A stretch of 64,000 bases of DNA, from contig JAJEEV010000013.1 of the NCBI GenBank assembly GCA_022820805.1, forward strand, positions 16,967 to 80,966. Reading direction: 5' to 3'. Within the stretch, counting starts at the first letter, position 1; each line of letters opens with the position of its first letter. The notes beneath the pieces are model-generated. The model was not told the DNA's origin and did not search any database. It saw nothing but the letters and a program-made list of their open reading frames with translations. Source of the stretch: Acidimicrobiia bacterium. Lineage in GTDB: Bacteria > Actinomycetota > Acidimicrobiia > Acidimicrobiales > Aldehydirespiratoraceae. Positions 63,001 through 64,000 of this stretch are shown here, piece after piece. Both the position numbers and the translations under genes were made by a program.

Positions 63001-64000
63001 GTGTACGGGCGGGTGATCACGCCGGGCGCGCAGTACGGCTCGATGGCCGCCGCGGCCTGCAGCTCGATGGGTCCGTCGGGTGGGCTTGTCGTGGAGGACT
63101 TCCAGCTCCACAGCCCGATGGTCTTCGACGAGCACGATCCCGCCGATGCCGCCGAGGTGGCGGGGCGCAGCGTGCAGCTGGTGCTCGACGGCTCCGACAC
63201 GGAGAGTCCTCGCCAGTTCGAGATATTCAGCCGGTCCGACACCAAGGACGGATGGACGTTGCACGCCCAGGGCATGGTGTCGTCGAACACCGGCCTTGAG
63301 GCAAGTCCCGAGCGGCTCGATCCGGAGGAACTGAGAGCCGGCCTCGACGCCGTCGACATCGCCGACTTCTACCGGGCCCGGGCCGAGGCCGGCGTCAACC
63401 TCGGCGCGTCCTTCCGAACGCTGGACTCGCTGTGGGCCCGCGACGGCGAGGCCTTGGGCGAGGTCGCTCTGCCTGACGGTATGGACAGCGGCGGCGCTGA
63501 GCTGCATCCGCTGCTGCTGGACGGCTGCTTCCAAGTGATGGCCGCGGCCCGTCGAGCCTCCGGCGACGAGAACAGCACCCCCTACCTGCCCTTCGGATGG
63601 GAGCGGCTGGAGCTGCACGGCCCGCTGCCCGATCGGCTGGTCTGCCATGCCCGCCTGCGCGAGCCGGGGGGCACAGACGCAGACGGCCAGGCGACCGGGT
63701 CCCGCGAGGTCATATCTGCCGACCTGCGCCTCTATGCCTGCGACGGCGCTGAGCTGGGCAGGCTCGACGGTTACACCGTCAAGCGGGCGACGCGGGCCGC
63801 CCTGCTATCGGCGACCGAGAGTCTCGACGACCTGCTGTACGAGGTGGTGTGGCGGGACCGAGCCCTGCCGCCGGGCGTCGTTGGGGCCGACTTCCTGGCC
63901 AGCCCGGCGGCGGTGGCAGCCCGCTGCGACACGTTCGCGGCGTACCTGGAGGCCGCGGGGGTCGACAGGAGCAGCCGGGCTGAGCTGTTGGACGACCTGG
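60067..64000 (+). CDS. type I polyketide synthase, 5' part (KS-AT-DH..., continues past right edge)
   Basis: Not in ORF track because it is open at the edge. My frame-1 reading gives the following. KS (about 60100-61385): IAVVGMACRFPG, DTACSSSL, EAHGTGT, KTNVGHLE. AT (about 61786-62700): GHSLGE at 62053. DH (about 62890-63800): LDDHRVYGRVITPG. Start is uncertain: TTG 60067 or 60058. Confidence 0.9.
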   Translation, partial: MPDPAPGAGRSPIAVVGMACRFPGAPDVPAFWRLLEEGASAVTEGVPGSGVGRVGELFTDSAVQNSACRFGAFIDGIDQFDAAFFRISPVEAQLLDPQQRLMLEVSWQALEDAGIDPDRLKGSRTGVYAGISNNEYRALVLDGNDTAEPAASLYSVAGTSFNTAIGRVAFALGLQGPALAVDTACSSSLAAVHQAVAGLQRGEADLALAGGVHAVLSGRLFELRGNAGMLAPDGRCKTFDAAANGYVRGEGCGILVLKRLSDAEADGDRIWGVVRGTALNQDGASQGLTVPNGEAQQRVIADALAWAGVQPSEVDYVEAHGTGTPVGDPIEAEATGTAYSVERDPDRPLLIGSVKTNVGHLESAAGAAALIKVMLAMKRGVIPRHLNFQDPNLEIDWDRLPLQVTAEPTPWPSRGDGPPRAGVSGFGWSGTNAHVVVEGYATRTASTEAADPGRWVSGAPIRVAISGPAAVPDPVAAAPAARSARLLPLSAKTGEALREMAAGWLEWLEDRFEDPSGDDANNELLADAAWTAGVGRSHMAHRSGVVFTDAESLRESLQIVAGDDDQPPRTTATRVAFAYTGQASQWVGMGRALYGCEPVFRAVLDRCDKVLQLQRGASLLDVMFGSEEELDDPAWTQPCIYAIECALTALWASIGVHPDVVVGHSLGEIAAAQAAGAFSLEDGLRFAAARGALMGSLPEDGAMAAVFATPERVAAAVDEFNAATAGSPVSVAADNGMHQVISGPAGAVDTLLEGFEAEKVWVRRLRRSPAYHSALVEPALDDLEAVVDGIETAAPRVTYVSSMTGQELEPGTMLDGRYWRSQARAPVAFRTCVETLAAMGVDTVIEIGPDTVLGPTVTTAWPQGTGPAEPVIASSMRRPSSSKPDPVDGSGFLDAAAVAYSAGVGVSFAGLFAGEARRRVALRGYRFQHHRYWVEQPRRRRQASDHRLLGTRHDSPRGETLYSTEMFVTDPGWLDDHRVYGRVITPGAQYGSMAAAACSSMGPSGGLVVEDFQLHSPMVFDEHDPADAAEVAGRSVQLVLDGSDTESPRQFEIFSRSDTKDGWTLHAQGMVSSNTGLEASPERLDPEELRAGLDAVDIADFYRARAEAGVNLGASFRTLDSLWARDGEALGEVALPDGMDSGGAELHPLLLDGCFQVMAAARRASGDENSTPYLPFGWERLELHGPLPDRLVCHARLREPGGTDADGQATGSREVISADLRLYACDGAELGRLDGYTVKRATRAALLSATESLDDLLYEVVWRDRALPPGVVGADFLASPAAVAARCDTFAAYLEAAGVDRSSRAELLDDL

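Noticed and set aside
1-64000. tRNA, rRNA, transposase or integrase genes
   Set aside because: I scanned every intergenic gap over 70 nt for T-loop-like GGTTCGA(A/T)TCC or cloverleaf symmetry, and scanned the ORF list for DDE, tyrosine or serine recombinase motifs. None was found.

Overview
High-GC, very gene-dense chromosomal segment. F420/LLM oxidoreductases, many VOC, CaiB and ACAD paralogs, VapBC modules and GGAGG-type RBSs suggest Actinomycetota, possibly Acidimicrobiia-like; that assignment is inference. I support about 60 CDS and found no rRNA, tRNA, CRISPR array, integrase or transposase. All calls come from reading the ORF-track proteins and the DNA by eye; no searches or computations were run. 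Coordinates of non-ORF features may be off by 1-2 nt.

Content from left to right:
- 1-8.1 kb: a CoA-dependent beta-oxidation-like cluster (two ACADs, enoyl-CoA hydratase, thiolase). It holds two paralogous family III CoA-transferases flanking an NCS2-type permease with an unusual soluble C-terminal domain.
- 8.3-12.5 kb: a minus-strand operon of TauD-family dioxygenase, M24 hydrolase, degenerate M24 paralog and double MaoC dehydratase.
- 12.5-37.2 kb: LLM and nitroreductase genes, bioA-bioF-bioD, a SulP-STAS transporter, a desaturase divergent from an XRE regulator, VOC pairs, an M1 lipoprotein peptidase, a P450, a stand-alone retropepsin-like protease, a transaminase and amidohydrolase/methyltransferase genes.
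- 37.25-41.1 kb: a visibly lower-GC accessory island carrying an AAA/DUF4143 ATPase, a class II Fic protein and VapBC.
- 41-50 kb: carbamoylase, formamidase and amidohydrolase genes, with VOC genes flanked by MITE-like repeats.
- 50.4-56.5 kb: a seven-gene minus-strand operon with two Rieske oxygenases, a class I aldolase, DUF1989 and an MFS transporter.
- 56.6 kb to the right edge: a second VapBC, a second copy of the permease fusion, an alpha/beta hydrolase and the start of a type I PKS (KS-AT-DH).

Several families of structured intergenic repeats are scattered through the window. The best candidates for something undescribed are the permease fusion (two copies), the low-GC ATPase-Fic-VapBC island and the Rieske/aldolase/DUF1989 operon.
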